Source: Parasitella parasitica NRRL 2501 (Eukaryota > Fungi > Mucoromycota). Taken from it: a DNA stretch of 64,000 nt. The DNA is taken from the NCBI GenBank assembly GCA_025201805.1, contig MU619243.1, forward strand, positions 1-64,000, in the 5' to 3' direction. Position numbers and translations under genes: made by a program. Below the pieces are notes generated by a model that was not told where the DNA came from, searched no databases, and worked only from the letters and a program-made list of their open reading frames with translations. Shown here in pieces: positions 49,517 to 62,749 of the stretch. Numbering within the stretch: position 1 is the stretch's first letter; each line of letters begins with the position of its first letter.

Positions 49517-49999
49517 TATTTTCCTTGGATGAATTTGACGATTAGATTTGCTTTTGACTCTTCATATTCTTGTATTAAAGTGATGTTGCTGCAAAGAATC
49601 TGTAAAAATCTTTCCAACTTTTGTCTTCTTTCCTCAATGGCTTTATCAGTGAATCTGCCTCTAAAGATCTTTCCTGGTAAATTTGGCACCTTGATCTCAT
49701 AGTCATTCTCTTCTAGCTTGAACTTTAGTGATTCAAATTTACTGTATCTTCTTCTGACTACAGATTCCTTCATGTTGAACATGGGCATATTTGTTTTGCA
49801 GACGATTTCATAATCAGTATACATGCCAAATCCGGTACCTGAATTTATTGTTTATTGTTATGAGATGTCTGATCCATATTCTAGACTGCATAAACTTACC
49901 ATGAGTTTGAGGTGCTCTGACTTCAATCTGTAAGAATGAATCAGGAATACCTTTGAATTCTTCAATAGTAGTTTCTTGTCTGAGGGTGGATACTTTCAT
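49513..49999 (-). CDS. PX-domain-only sorting nexin (Snx3-like), 2 exons
   Basis: FLQIEVRAPQTHG, YTDYEIVCKTN, VRRRYSKF, VPNLPGK, IEERRQKLERFL. Confidence 0.88.
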
Positions 50000-50119
50000 T
50001 TTTTTATTCGAGATATAGAGAATGTGATTGAGGATAATAATAAAAAGAGGGAAGAAAGGGAAAATAATGCCTCGTATTTATAGTCAAAATCCTTCAAATC
50101 TTTGTTTATTTATTTTTGC

Positions 50120-51568
50120 TTAGTGTTTCATAAACTGATCATAACTTGCACCGAGTTCTTCCAGCATGTGAGTGGTTAAAACGGATCTACCATGCTTTTT
50201 GAAGGCTAAGCTTGAACTTGTTCTGGTAATCTGACAGGCACCCCACGTAGCGTACATGGCAATATCCTTGGCAGGGATTTCATTTGAATGACTAGATAGT
50301 ATTATATTAGTTTAAATGAAAATAAGTTATCTGGCCGTAGCGATAATACCTCCAAACACCATCTTGGTAAGCTTTTCCCCAAGCCAAAAATGCCGCAATG
50401 GCACCCGAAAGGACATCCCCCTGACCACCCATTCGTTTTAAACCGCCCTCAGCATCACATTGCAAGACTAAATAATATTATTATTCATCCAAACAAACAA
50501 ATAAATTGGTATATATCATATTGTACCTTGTTCACCGTTTGTGATAATATCAACAGAACCCTTCTGAACAACCGTGACACCGCCAAGAGATCGACTAAGC
50601 TCTATTGCAGCCTGATCAACTTGCTCCTTGTTTGTTTGGACATTCTGAGCGGTTAAAAAAATAAAGGGGATTAGTAGAGAGAAAATGTATTTTTCCATTA
50701 AGATATTGTACCATCTTTTCACATAAACGCTTAAATTCAACAACATTAGGGGTTAACACAGCCTTTTCGTAGCCTTGTACAGTTTCAGGGTACTGTTGAA
50801 CAAGATACAAACCATCCGCATCAATGACAATTGCCATATCGTTTTCGCGAGCTTTTTTTATGAGCTCTCTGGCAGTATCTTGCATGATGGCATCTCTAGA
50901 CAACCCAGGACCAACCACCAATACATGCAATCTTGAGAAGAGACTTGAAACATTATCAACTATTTCTTTGATGGGCTTCGATTGAACCGTGTCTTGTGTT
51001 CTGAGATATGGATGTACAATCAAATCTATTTGTATATATTTGTATATATTCTCCTTTTTCTAATACAAGTGTTTGTTTATGTTACCTGGTGAATAACTCT
51101 ATAAAACAAAGATGTATTTAGTATAATAAATATATATATTCCTCGATTTGCGGCATATAGCAAAATACCTTGATAGCTGTGCTTGCCCCAGGAGAACAAA
51201 AAATATGACATAAATCAACACCCTTAACATTCCTATTAATTTTAAATCATGCAAATTAAAATACAATACACTTGCCACTTTTAATGAAGTGATTCCGCTA
51301 TAATAAGGTGCACCTGTGTACCTAAAATCGGATGAGAATGTTTGAAATAAAATAATCAATATTCATGCAGGTCCTAAAAAAACAAAGCTTCCTACTCTTC
51401 TGAACCACCAACGACACCTACTCTTCCTTTTTTTTTTTTGTTTCATTAGATTAGAACAATCTAGAGAATCTATCAACTTGTATTACCTGCTTGCCCTTTA
51501 TGTAATTCATGGGATAAAGGTGGAATGAGTTGTCTAACTAACTTGATATCAGGGATTCTTGCTGGCAT
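50120..51568 (-). CDS. NAXD: ATP-dependent NAD(P)HX dehydratase (NAXD/CARKD/Nnr2), many exons
   Basis: [70 protein letters not shown]. Confidence 0.94.
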
Positions 51569-51914
51569 TTTGTTGAAAAAGAAAATCGAACAAAAGAAAA
51601 AGGTTTTTCAGCATAATAATGATGCTATTATGCTATATACAAGCTTTTAGCTTGAAATCCCGAAAATCTTTTAGTATGAGCAACCTTTTTCATCATAATC
51701 AAGAAAACTTGTTTCAATCGATACACAAATACACTCATGTACGTAAAAAAGAAAAAAAGAAGCGCTGCATGGGCCTATATAACGTATACATGCAATGTAA
51801 CCTCACGTGGAAATCCAATTTGTTTGTTGTTTTTGTTTAGAAACGTCTATCATCTCGGAAGTTGATTAAGCATCTTTTTTAGGATATTTTTTCCCTCTTT
51901 TATTCTTGCGCGTA

Positions 51915-52636
51915 ATGACAGATAAAGTGGATATTAAGAAATTGGGTGATAAATACTTCGTTTTTGATGTAAACGGTAAAAAAAAACAAAAAGAGCCTTC
52001 GCTGCAACTATACAGCTTGTATAAAAGCTTACGTTTCTAGATGTCCAATTATTAAGAACAAAATATCGCATTGTGGGGGCCCTGAATGGCACCCTTCCAC
52101 AGTTTCCTTTGCAGAACACGTTTTACGGGTTGCCACTCATTTTGTTACTGGAAGAAGTTGAATTATTAGTAAATAGAGGTAAGCACTAAAAGCCCTAGAC
52201 TATATTCGGCGCACGATAAACAAACAAAACAGAAACTTGATTCCATATGACAGGTTGGGCCAACATTATTCAAAAAACATCCAAAACTGCTAGTATAACA
52301 ACGGTGATGCAAAAACCGCACGTTACCATGGCAACAAACATCCTTGTGCAGGAGCACAATAAGATGAATGCATTCGTATTTGATTTTTTTTGGTCGCAAG
52401 GCTATTACATAACCAGTGGAATTAAATTTGGTGGCCATTTTTTATTATATCCAGATGATCCCATGTGCGTTCATAGCGAATACATTGTCTCTATCAAAGA
52501 CAAACACCAAGACATTTTGCCTCTCGAAATTATTGGGATGGGAAGAGCTGCTACCAATGTGAAAAAGACTTTTGTGTTGGCTGCAAAGGATCAAGAACAA
52601 GTGTTATGTTACTCAGTTGAATGGGCTGGTTTTTGA
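51915..52636 (+). CDS. SEN34: tRNA-splicing endonuclease catalytic subunit Sen34, 3 exons
   Basis: RIVGALNGTLPQFPLQNTFYGLPLILLLEE; GYYITSGIKFGGHFLLYPDDPMCVHS; GRAATNVKK; C-terminal SVEWAGF. Confidence 0.92.
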
Positions 52637-54457
52637 AACATTTGTATATCTGTAGATTATCATCGTACATAAAGAAATGGCCACATGAATATGAATATAT
52701 ACTGCTATTCAAATGCAATGCAATAAATATGTTTTCCACGTTTCAAAAATTGCATGCATTGGAAAATCTTGTTTTTTTATTATTCTTTTCACTGCGATCC
52801 TTTTTTCCGTGATACGAAATAATACGTTTAATGATGCGCACTGCATATTTGATATTGCAGAGGTTCTATATAGCTGGCATAATCTTCAAACAAATGTATA
52901 CTTCCCTGTGCATTCATTTGCCTTTGCTCAATAAAAGTGTTTTATCCTGCATAATTATGGAATTCCAACGCAAAACAACACTAAAATGTATCCCAAATAA
53001 TAAATATTGGTTAAATGATATGCATATCGCAATGTGCAATCCAAACGGTCTGTATTCGACTAAGTATAATGATGGTTGTGGTAACAATGACGAGAACTCG
53101 ATTCAAATACCACTCAGTTTTCTGCATCAATCACCCTGATTTTCAACTAAAAAACTTGGATTTTCATGATCGCATTTGCACCTGTAATGATTTCTGGTCA
53201 TTTGGACATTATCCGTTTTTCGGCTAGAAATTCAATTTAATTGTTACAGCGGAAAGTGAGACTCGAAACGCTAATTTTTTGAAATCAGAAAAATCTAAAT
53301 AATGCATCAAAAAGTTGTTACAAGTTCAGGACAATGCTTCTGTATGGGTCTAATTGCAAGAAGTTTTCAAAATCTATCATTACATGGGCTATATAGCTGT
53401 TGATCGCAAGCAGTATTTCAACCCCCCCCCCTTTTTTTTTTACCACATTTGACTGCAATTATCTACTGTTATTTGTTTAATCATATAAATAACTCTAACG
53501 CAGGAAATGGTGCGCACCAGCATTATTGTTTAATTTAGTTCAATTTTATACGAAAATAAGTAGAAATATTTGCAAACACACATTTGTAAATATAAAGCAT
53601 ATTGACCAAGATGTTTATAGTATCATATATGTACTCTCTCAAGTCAACGATATAGAGACGAGGTGCTATCTTAATATGTGCAAAATAATGTAAAAACTAT
53701 CGACATTAACAAATTTTTGAAAGAACAGATTATTCTTATAATGATTCAAGCAATCGATTTGCTTTTAACTATAGTAGCAGTGCCAGATATTCATAGCTGG
53801 AGATCATGATATTGAGACCCCATTGCCGACCCCTAACAAGCAGCATCAACAAAAACGGATCTACCCTACTGATCTGATGGATGATTTTATAAAATAAGCT
53901 TGTTGTTATGGCGTTGCTGTGATACTACTGGCTTTGCATTATACTTCCTGGACAATATTTTTGTTTCTGATTAGAATGTAATTTCATTGTCGTTTGATCT
54001 TGAATTATGCGAATGATTCTGGGATACGCCGCTTTTCTATTAGATTGGCTGCTGCAGGTCCTAACGGGGATGTTACGGGTAGGACTTGATATTGCCATCT
54101 TCTGTTATACAGAGAAGCAAATAGCCCTCTATAAATTAAAAATTAATGAGGGAAATAGCGATGATACTACATTTATGGCAAAAATTCAACCAAGTAGTAG
54201 TATGAACGCAAACTTAATATGCCAACTTAGCTATACCCTGTAAATGCTACACAAAGTATTGCTGTCAAAACTGTTCCGATCTCACGTTGCACCCGACAAA
54301 AGCAAGCGTATGTCATTTATCAATATAAAACACAGATCAACAGAATTTTCCAGCCATATAGTCGAAAAAAAACATTCTTGTGTAGTTTATTGCATTTAAA
54401 TAAAATCAATTAATAACATGCTTTACTCTATACGTTTATTTTTATACAAAAAAAAAT

Positions 54458-56119
54458 TTACTCCCATTCAATGGTAGCAGGAGGCTTAGAACTAATATCA
54501 TATACAACACGGTTAACACCCTTAACCTCATTAATAATTCTTGAAGAAATACGTTTCAAGGTCAAAAACCATTCAGCACCGATCATTACATCAGCAGACA
54601 TGAAATCGGTGGTCTCGACAGCTCTTAAAGCAATAACTTGTTCATAAGTACGCTTATCACCCATAACACCAACGGCCTTGACGGGCAAAAGAGCAGCGTA
54701 AGCTTGTGAAATTCGGCGATAGAAACCGCCATTTTTGATCTCCTCGATATAAATGTGATCTGCTAAACGAGCAATTTCGACTTGTTCACGAGTAACTTCA
54801 CCCAAAACACGAATAGCAATACCTGGCCCAGGGAAGGGATGACGCCAAACCAATTCATCATCAAGATCCAAAAACTTGCCAAGTTCACGAACTTCATCCT
54901 TAAAGAGCTCACGGAGAGGCTCGATCAACTTGAGCTTCATGTCTTCCAGAAGACCACCAACATTGTGATGAGTTTTGATGGTAGCAGAAGGACCCTTGAA
55001 TGAAATGGATTCGATGACATCAGGGTATAAAGTACCTTGCAACAAGTATTCAATTTCACCGCCACATCTCTCATTAATGATAGCAGCTTCGGCTTCAAAG
55101 ACTTCAATAAAGGTGTTGCCAATAATCTTACGCTTCTTCTCGGGATCAGTGACACCCTTTAAACGAGTCAAGAAAAGATCAGCAGCATCAGCAATCTTAA
55201 GGTTGATACCCATTTTGTCAGCCAACATCTTCTTGACATTTTCACATTCATTCAAACGCATGACACCATTATCGACTAAAACAGCGTGGAAACGATCTCC
55301 AATGGCTTCCTTCATCAACTTGGCAGCAACGGTGGAATCAACACCTCCGGAAACAGCACCAATGACATGACCAGTAGGGCCAACAATCTGACGGATACGG
55401 TCAATTTCTTTTTTGGCAAATTCGGTCATGGACCAAGAAGCCTTGGCTTCACAGATGTCCAAAACAAAGTTGCGAAGAATGTCTTTACCACAGACAGTGT
55501 GAGAGAGCTCGGGGTGAAATTGAATACCAAAGAACTTCTTCTCTTTGTGAGCAACACCAGCAAAAGGCGCAGTTTTGGTTGTACCGATCACATTAAAGTC
55601 ATCAGCAATTCCAGTAACTTGATCGCCATGAGACATCCAAACCTTTTTATAGTTTGCATTAATTCATTTCTGTCTCTCCCTCTTTCCCTCAAATTATTTA
55701 CATACCTCAACAGGTGATTTGATATCTTTGAAAAGCTCATCAGCAAAAGGGTGCTCAGGGAATGAATGAATCTCCAGCTGGGCATAACCATATTCACGAT
55801 GGTCACAAGCTTCGACCTTACCACCCATGAGGTTGGTCATTTCTTGGAGACCATAACAGATACCCAAGACAGGAACACCACTATCAAAGACGGCAGGGTC
55901 TACACGGGGAGCATCTTTGTCGTATACAGAGTAAGGAGAACCAGACAAAATAATACCCTTAGGTTTGAAATGGAGATCAGCCATCTTTTGAGTGCAAGGC
56001 AAAAGCTCACAATAGATGCCAAACTCACGAATACGACGAGCAATCAAGTGAGAGGTTTGAGACCCAAAATCCAATATGAGAATAGTGTCAAAAGATTCAT
56101 TCATTTGTTCGACAGACAT
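54458..56119 (-). CDS. GUA1: GMP synthase (glutamine-hydrolysing), 2 exons
   Basis: [60 protein letters not shown]. Confidence 0.98.
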
Positions 56120-56247
56120 TTTGTGATGAAAAGTTTTTATTTTCTTAGAAAAAAATGAAAGGGTGATATAGGACCACCGAAAATTTGAAAATAAAGAAGT
56201 GTCTCTTTCTTTTTTATAATGCTTTTGAAAATTTTTTTCATGCTGAT

Positions 56248-56256
56248 GTGACTCAT
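56248..56256. promoter_or_regulatory. Gcn4/CpcA (AP-1)-type site GTGACTCAT in GUA1 promoter
   Basis: TGACTCA about 130 nt upstream of the ATG; TGACTC is the Gcn4/Bas1 core in yeast purine genes. Function here is inferred. Confidence 0.35.
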
Positions 56257-56580
56257 TGAATGACTTTATGTGACCTTTTTGAAGGGAGAAAACTGCCCAG
56301 ATTGTTTGCAAATGAACCAATCATGGTAGATGGGCTATTTTGAAAAGTCTGTACGGACACCATGCCATTCATAAAACGAAGGTATGGAGCCGTAGCAACT
56401 TTCTATTCTTGGTTGTAGGTAGAAATTCAGTCCCTTTTATTACGATATGATTTTCAAGCCCGGTCATCCGTTGCATCCCAGTTATAAGAACTGAAAGAAT
56501 ACAGAAATTCAAAACTTTATGATTGTTATAGGTCATTTTAGCAATTTCTTTGCTAGTACTCATTGTGCCTAATGTGATTA

Positions 56581-56900
56581 ACAGGCTTGAATATGATGTA
56601 ATAAGCCTAAATATGATAGAATAAGCCTAAATATAATGTGATAAGTCTAATTACAATAGAATAAGTCTCAACAAGATAGAATAAGTCTCAACAAGATAGA
56701 ATAAGTCTCAACAAGATAGAATAAGTCTCAATACGTTAGAATAAGTCAGATTATGATAGAATAAGTCCCAATACAATAGAATAAGTCAAAAAATAATAGA
56801 ATTAGTCAAGATATAACGGAATAAGCTTAAATATAACAGAATAAGTCTAAATACAAAAGAATAAGTGAGGATACAATATAGTAAGTAAAATTACAATACA
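56581..56900 (+). repeat. Tandem array, exact 20-bp period, consensus ~ATAAGYCTAAATAYRATAGA (~16 units)
   Basis: ATAAG recurs every 20 nt from 56601 to 56861 (one ATTAG variant); three identical units ATAAGTCTCAACAAGATAGA at 56661-56720. Confidence 0.92.
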
Positions 56901-57477
56901 ACAAGAACACAGCAAAATAAACACAACCCAGCCAGGAATAGAGTGTATAAATGCTTTGTTTGGTTTCGTAATTCCCATTCAAGTTTCGAATTTTCGAGAA
57001 GTCGGCGTTAAATCAAGTATATCTCATTTTCAAAAACTAATTAAAAATATATATAAGCTTTAGAAAACTATAAAAAAATATGTGCGTATGCAACAAAGCG
57101 TAAAATAAATGGTCATGTATTTTGATTTGAAATAAGAGCTCTTTCAATAGAGTAAACCATGTTGAAAGTCGGGCGAAATAGCTTGAATCAACCAAATTAG
57201 GAGATTCGAAATCCAAAAATGGCGATTTTTTAAGCTGTACACTCCGTTCTAATTAATAATATGTTTGTGACATCCGTCGCCTGACAAAGTCAGTATGCAT
57301 CAATACAACTGCCATATATTCCATGCCCGCAGGCAATTCAAACTTCTTGCCCGAATCTATAGCAATATCATTATCCGTAGCAACATCATTTAGTATAAAT
57401 ACCTTAACAGTTTATAACAATAAAGAAACATTCATTTCAACTATAAGTATACTTATAGCAACCTTTCAAATATTACA

Positions 57478-57636
57478 ATGTTAAGCCTAATGATGTGATA
57501 AGTCTTAGTACAAAATAATAAATCTAAAGTAAGCCGGATTTTAAGAGAATAAGCCTGAATATAATTGAATAAGCCTAAATATGATAGAAAAAGTCTAAAA
57601 TGACCGAATAAGCTTAAATATCATAGAATAAACTTG
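57478..57636 (+). repeat. Second, more eroded array of the same 20-bp unit
   Basis: aataagcctgaatataattg / aataagcctaaatatgatag / aaaaagtctaaaatgaccg / aataagcttaaatatcatag. Confidence 0.8.
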
Positions 57637-59421
57637 TAAATCGCACTTGAACATGATAATAATATCTTCAATCGATTAATTCATTTTTTCCTCTCTCAAC
57701 ATTGTCAGTAAAACAAGCCATTATCAATACACGTACTGTCTCCATTCAGTCACAACAAAATTGTACGGTATGTCCCCCCGTCTATTCTGGAAGCATTCAA
57801 ATAGTTTGGAATATTATGCTGTATTCAATTTATTCAGAATAAACTTTTATCAGCGTTAGTGTCAAAAGACAGTTGTTCGATATAAATTCTTTTGAAGGGT
57901 TTGCCTGTTAAAATAAAACGTCCTTCTACGGTACAATAATATCTCAAATCGTAAACGAAATCGCATTTGTAAAAAGATTTATCACAAATGTTGGTCGCAT
58001 GAATGTCTTACAGAAGCGCACGAAAACTGTCCTTATTACGCTGCTCCACTGGGTCCAGCCTTTGTGCCAATTTCAAAAGAAACAACAACTATTTATTAAT
58101 ATTAAATGTAATAAGCGTAATAAACATTTTAGGCGTATTGCTCGATTCGTTTTTAAAAATGATAAACCTCAATATCACAAAAACAATAAAGATCTAAAAT
58201 CTATACTTGTAGAACTAATTTATAAAGGCTCAACTCATTCTTTACAAAATACATATCTAGCAACACAACGATAAGTGAATACGTATTGTAAAAAAAGAAG
58301 AAAAAAAAAGGACCTCCTTGGGTTCTCCTTTTGGCTTATTACACTATCACCTTGTATGTTTAATTCTTGATTACGTAATTTCAGTTGCTTTCATTTTGCA
58401 TAAATATGTACGTCTTGTTCTAGTAAACTAATGCCTTTATTATCTGTACATACATATACATTAGAATTGTATATATTTATATGAAACGAAAAAAAAAGAA
58501 AAAGAACTGCAATGTACTTGCTTTTACTAAATTTATCCTTGAACAAATGACTAATTGATGCAATATCCTGCTTTTTGTGAGTATTATTCATCACAAGTCA
58601 TTTTAAAAACAGGGCACATTTTGTTTCCTTATCTCCTGCTCAACCGCTCTCTCTCTAATTCATTCTCAAAACTTCCTTTTCCCTGCGTTTTTTTTTGTTT
58701 TTTGTAGGAACAAAAAGCAATTTAATGTATTTAATAATTTGAGAATCCAAGTGCATCTTTTTGTGTTAGTAGTAACTGCTTGCAAAAGTACCAGCATGGC
58801 TACAAATGGAACTTGCATAATATTAAGTCTTTCAACCTAAAAAGTAATTAATTTTAGTTAGTCGGCCTAATTGCATTTTTAGTAAGGTGGCATCTTAGGA
58901 ATATCAAATGTTGTTGTTGGTCATGCAATTATGTATACAACATTTTGTAAATACTTGCCTGGATAAATTTATCTGTTAATTACCAAGATAATAATTATAT
59001 AAAACATGATGTCCATGTGTTTTGATCCGTTTCCAATATCATGTTTTCATCTATTTTATTTCATGCTGATTTGGATGTGAAAAAAAAAAAAACTTCTCCC
59101 TTTCTCACCTCCCTTTTTTCTGTATTGTGTGAGTGCAAGTTGCGAGTGGTGTATATGTGTGAGCGTGTGCGTGTGTGTAAGCGTCTGATATTTTTTCCCT
59201 TAGACACATCAGGCTGTTTATTGTGTCTTTCTCCTCATTTTTTTTAATTCTTTTAGATCTTGTTTGCCGTTTTTCTTTCTTTCCTTTTTACTTTTTTTTC
59301 TTTTACATATAATATCTTGTTTCACCACTACACATCAGATAAGCAACATATCTTGAGTGTGTTTTCTTAGCAGCCAAAACCATACGCAACAAGCATTTCT
59401 ACAATTCACATCTCTACCAAA

Positions 59422-61716
59422 ATGTCAAAAGGTACGTTAGACATGCAAAGAAAGCAGCACTTTGATATTGAAAGATGCTTCAACAGGCTATTACGTCTGC
59501 GAAAGAGCAGCCCAGGCCATTATAGCCGAAATTGGACCACTGCGCGTCTCCAGCGACGCACTCCAAGCCATCAATACGTTCTTGGATGAATTCCTCGCGC
59601 TTTTGGTTATAACGGCAGCTTCGTTAGATCTCGTTCTGCTGAAGGCGGCTATTGTACAGTTACTGCCATATTCGCTTGGAAAAACAGCACTGGTAGAAGC
59701 CGAAATCGAGCTTCAGAATCGGATTCCTGAATCGGAAGACGACGAGCAGAATCAGTTGGATTTGTCAAATTATGAAAAAATGCGATTATTAAACAGCGAC
59801 TCTGTCGACAAAATTATACCCATACTCCAAGCAGCGTGTGCTGATTTCTGTACGCTAGCAGCAGAAAACCATAACAACAACTCTCCAGACAGTAATGACA
59901 ATGTCAGCGAACAAGACATAATTGCGCCTGTTGTTGTCATTTATGTAACTACTATTGTGGAGCATATTGCCGAGTATGTTCTTAATTCGGTAGCAATGAC
60001 TGCAGATCAGACGGATGCAGAACACATCAGAGTTAAGGAGGTTCTACTTTGTTTACTAGATGATCCTCAAGTCGGTAGTTTATTCAGAGGAATGAATTTG
60101 AAAGAAAAGTTAGAGGTAAAAAAGAAACGTGTTAGGAGGGCCAATATTTCGCTTTATTGATAACTGCGCAATCATTAGAAACGAGCTTCTACATATTTAA
60201 ATTACCTTCCTTCGCCTGTGCCTAGTCCTGTTTCAATCAACAGGGATCAGCTCATCCAACGCCATTCTAATTGTAAGTTTATAACTAATTTACAATGAAT
60301 ATATAAAAGTTAATCTAAATTGTTAATATAGCAACTACACCAGCAGAGCAGCATTTCATAATCGACTATAGTAATGAGGGTGAGGATAATAGTGATCACG
60401 ACCCTCGTGCTACACCCTCGTCAACTTGTTCCATGCGATCGAGCGAAAGTATCAACGACCGCCCTCTTTCCATCATGAGCAACGGCACTGTCAAGTCTTC
60501 TGGAAGCAAGAGTAGATTCAATTTCTTTGGCAGCAACAATAAAAAGGAAAAGCGCACCTCTATTTCACTCAACTTCACATCAAGCAAACGCTCTCCATCA
60601 AACCCTCCTTCTATTGCTTCGCCAACCACACCCTCCTATACAACCGCCAGCATGGATTTTGAAGATCTGATGAGATCAGGCACAACTAAAAAGGTTTCAT
60701 TAACTCCAAATCGTTTAAGGTCCATCGAGGTCAAAAGTGATGACCCCACTGCTACTGCTACTACTCCTTGGGAGAAGCTTAACAACAATAATACCAAAAG
60801 CCATACTAGAACAAAAAAGAGGTCCTCTTCTTCCTCTTCTCCAAGCTCTCCTCCTCCTCCTATCCCACCTCTTCCGAGGCTTAACCGCGAGCAACACCCT
60901 CAAATAAATACAGCCATCCCGAGTAGTATTATTGCTACTGCTGCTCCTACTGCTACTGCTACTGCTGCTCCTACTGCTACTGCTGCTGCTCCTGTTACTA
61001 CCGCGACTGCCGCTATTGTTGTCGATACCAATACCAACACTAATACCAACAATAACAATAGTCCTCCATTAACACCAGCATCTAGTGTTGCATCTCGTCC
61101 GTCACAGCGATCAAGACACTCAATAATATACGAGGAAAAATCACCACGAGCATCCATGAAGTCCACTTATTCTATCAACGAAGATTCGTTTGCTGACGAA
61201 CCTAGTAATCTCAAGAGAAATCCATCCAAAATCTCCACATCCAGCAGCATTTATAGCCGGCGTAGCACCATTTCAGGGATTGAACGACCTTCTAGCATGG
61301 TAGTCAAAAGGGCCTCGACAGGATCGAGACCACCTTCGTTCCACGAAAGTGTGCATGAAATCATGGGCAACACACTCATTGCTGCTGCTAACGGTATTTC
61401 ATTGAACGAAAAGATATTCCAAGGTGAACATCAACAGGAGCAGCAACATAGTATGATTTATGTGCTGCCCTCTACTGCATCGCCTACAAGTGGTCGGTTT
61501 ACGCCTTCCTCTTCTTTTAAGGCTCGCACGATGGATCGCGGCTGTCAAACAGAGCCTGCTAGTTTCCGCACATTGCACAAAATCCCTGCGGATGATGACC
61601 AAGAAGAAGACGAAGAATGGTTTCTTGATGAGTCTGAAGAGGATGAAGATGATTGCCACAATGCACAGCAGCAAGAAGAGCAACTCATGGCTGAATGGTT
61701 GCTTGGCAACGCTTGA
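59422..61716 (+). CDS. Uncharacterised protein with N-terminal histone-fold-like region and long disordered tail, 4 exons
   Basis: MSKG|YYVCERAA...RVSSDALQAINTFLDEFL; VIYVTTIVEHIAEYVL...HIRVKEVLLCLLDDPQVGSLF (H2A-like spacing); ORFs joined by canonical introns. Confidence 0.78.
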
Positions 61717-61906
61717 AAAGCTTGTTATGTGTATACCTTTCTCTTGTTTCCTCCCCTCGCTTCCCTGTGATTTACAAATGTAAAAACTTCTTTGTTATAA
61801 TACAACCACTATCTTCGTTTTCTTATAATATTCCCCCTTTATTTTCCAAATCATCTTTTTTTTTTTTTTTTTTTTTTTTTTATAGCTATCTATCCATCTT
61901 ATCCAG

Positions 61907-61940
<34 letters not shown>
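61907..61940 (+). repeat. (CTA)n microsatellite
   Basis: About 11 CTA units between two convergent 3' ends. Confidence 0.85.
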
Positions 61941-61988
61941 TATCCTATAATTCATTAATAACAATCATAATAAATACACCCTTCCCTT

Positions 61989-62749
61989 TTATGCGTTTAA
62001 AGATGCTCTCACTTTGCCAAGTAATATCTGTGCATCAGCCTCGCCAACTTGGTCCACAATTGTCTTGTTCATTGCGGACCAAAACTCGGGGTTCGACAAT
62101 TTTTGTTCCGCTTGAGCAGATATGCCAAAGCGACCTGTTGCGACGTTAGGAGGAAAAGCAGGAGAAGTAGAAGATGAGGAAGAAGTTGCTGCTGCTGCCG
62201 GGGCTGCTGCGACCATGAGATGAATGACAGCATCTGGTTGAATGGAGAGCTCTCTAAGGGTCTTTTGATCAGGCAAAACTTTGCCCTTTATCAATAAACG
62301 TTGGCGGTTGACAGCAAGTGAGCTTTGTTGTTGGTAAATGCGTTTTTTCAGTTGAGATACTGTGCAGCTCAAGGATAATCCGCCAATGGTGAACTGTGAC
62401 GAAGGCTTCAGTACCTTGATAGTTACCTGGAAAGTGTCGTTATCCACAGCGGCATGATTGGCAACATTGGAGGTGGGCGCTGATTCTAGAGAGGAGTATT
62501 AGCACAATATACGCGTGAAATTGCAGATCAAGTTACCCTTCTCACCGATAACAGCAGGTTGAAGCGGAACTCTCTGTAATAATTTTTAACATCTGGCAGT
62601 GGATATAAGCAGATAAATTCAATTACCTTGATTCTCAAAGGAGAGGGAAAAGTGCGCGCCATGTAATCATCGCCATAACGAACAGATTTAGAAGAAAGAT
62701 TTTCTAAATAGAGATTGATAAAGTCGAGTTCGGTTTGAGCAGATTGCAT
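61989..62749 (-). CDS. GET5: Ubiquitin-like GET-pathway protein Get5/Mdy2 (UBL4A-like), 3 exons
   Basis: N-terminal Get4-binding-like segment ELDFINLYLENLSSKSVRYGDDY; UBL domain TVSQLK...QRLLIKGKVLPDQKTL...IHLMV; C-terminal FW-containing helix. Confidence 0.8.

Noticed and set aside
54782-56158. Long antisense ORFs over GUA1 (and similarly over RPT4, the kinase, Ask1 and Mex67)
   Set aside because: Shadow frames expected from codon bias on the coding strand.
56581-56900. CRISPR-like repeat/spacer array
   Set aside because: Units are only 20 bp, the variable parts are related to each other, no cas genes are present, and the context is eukaryotic.
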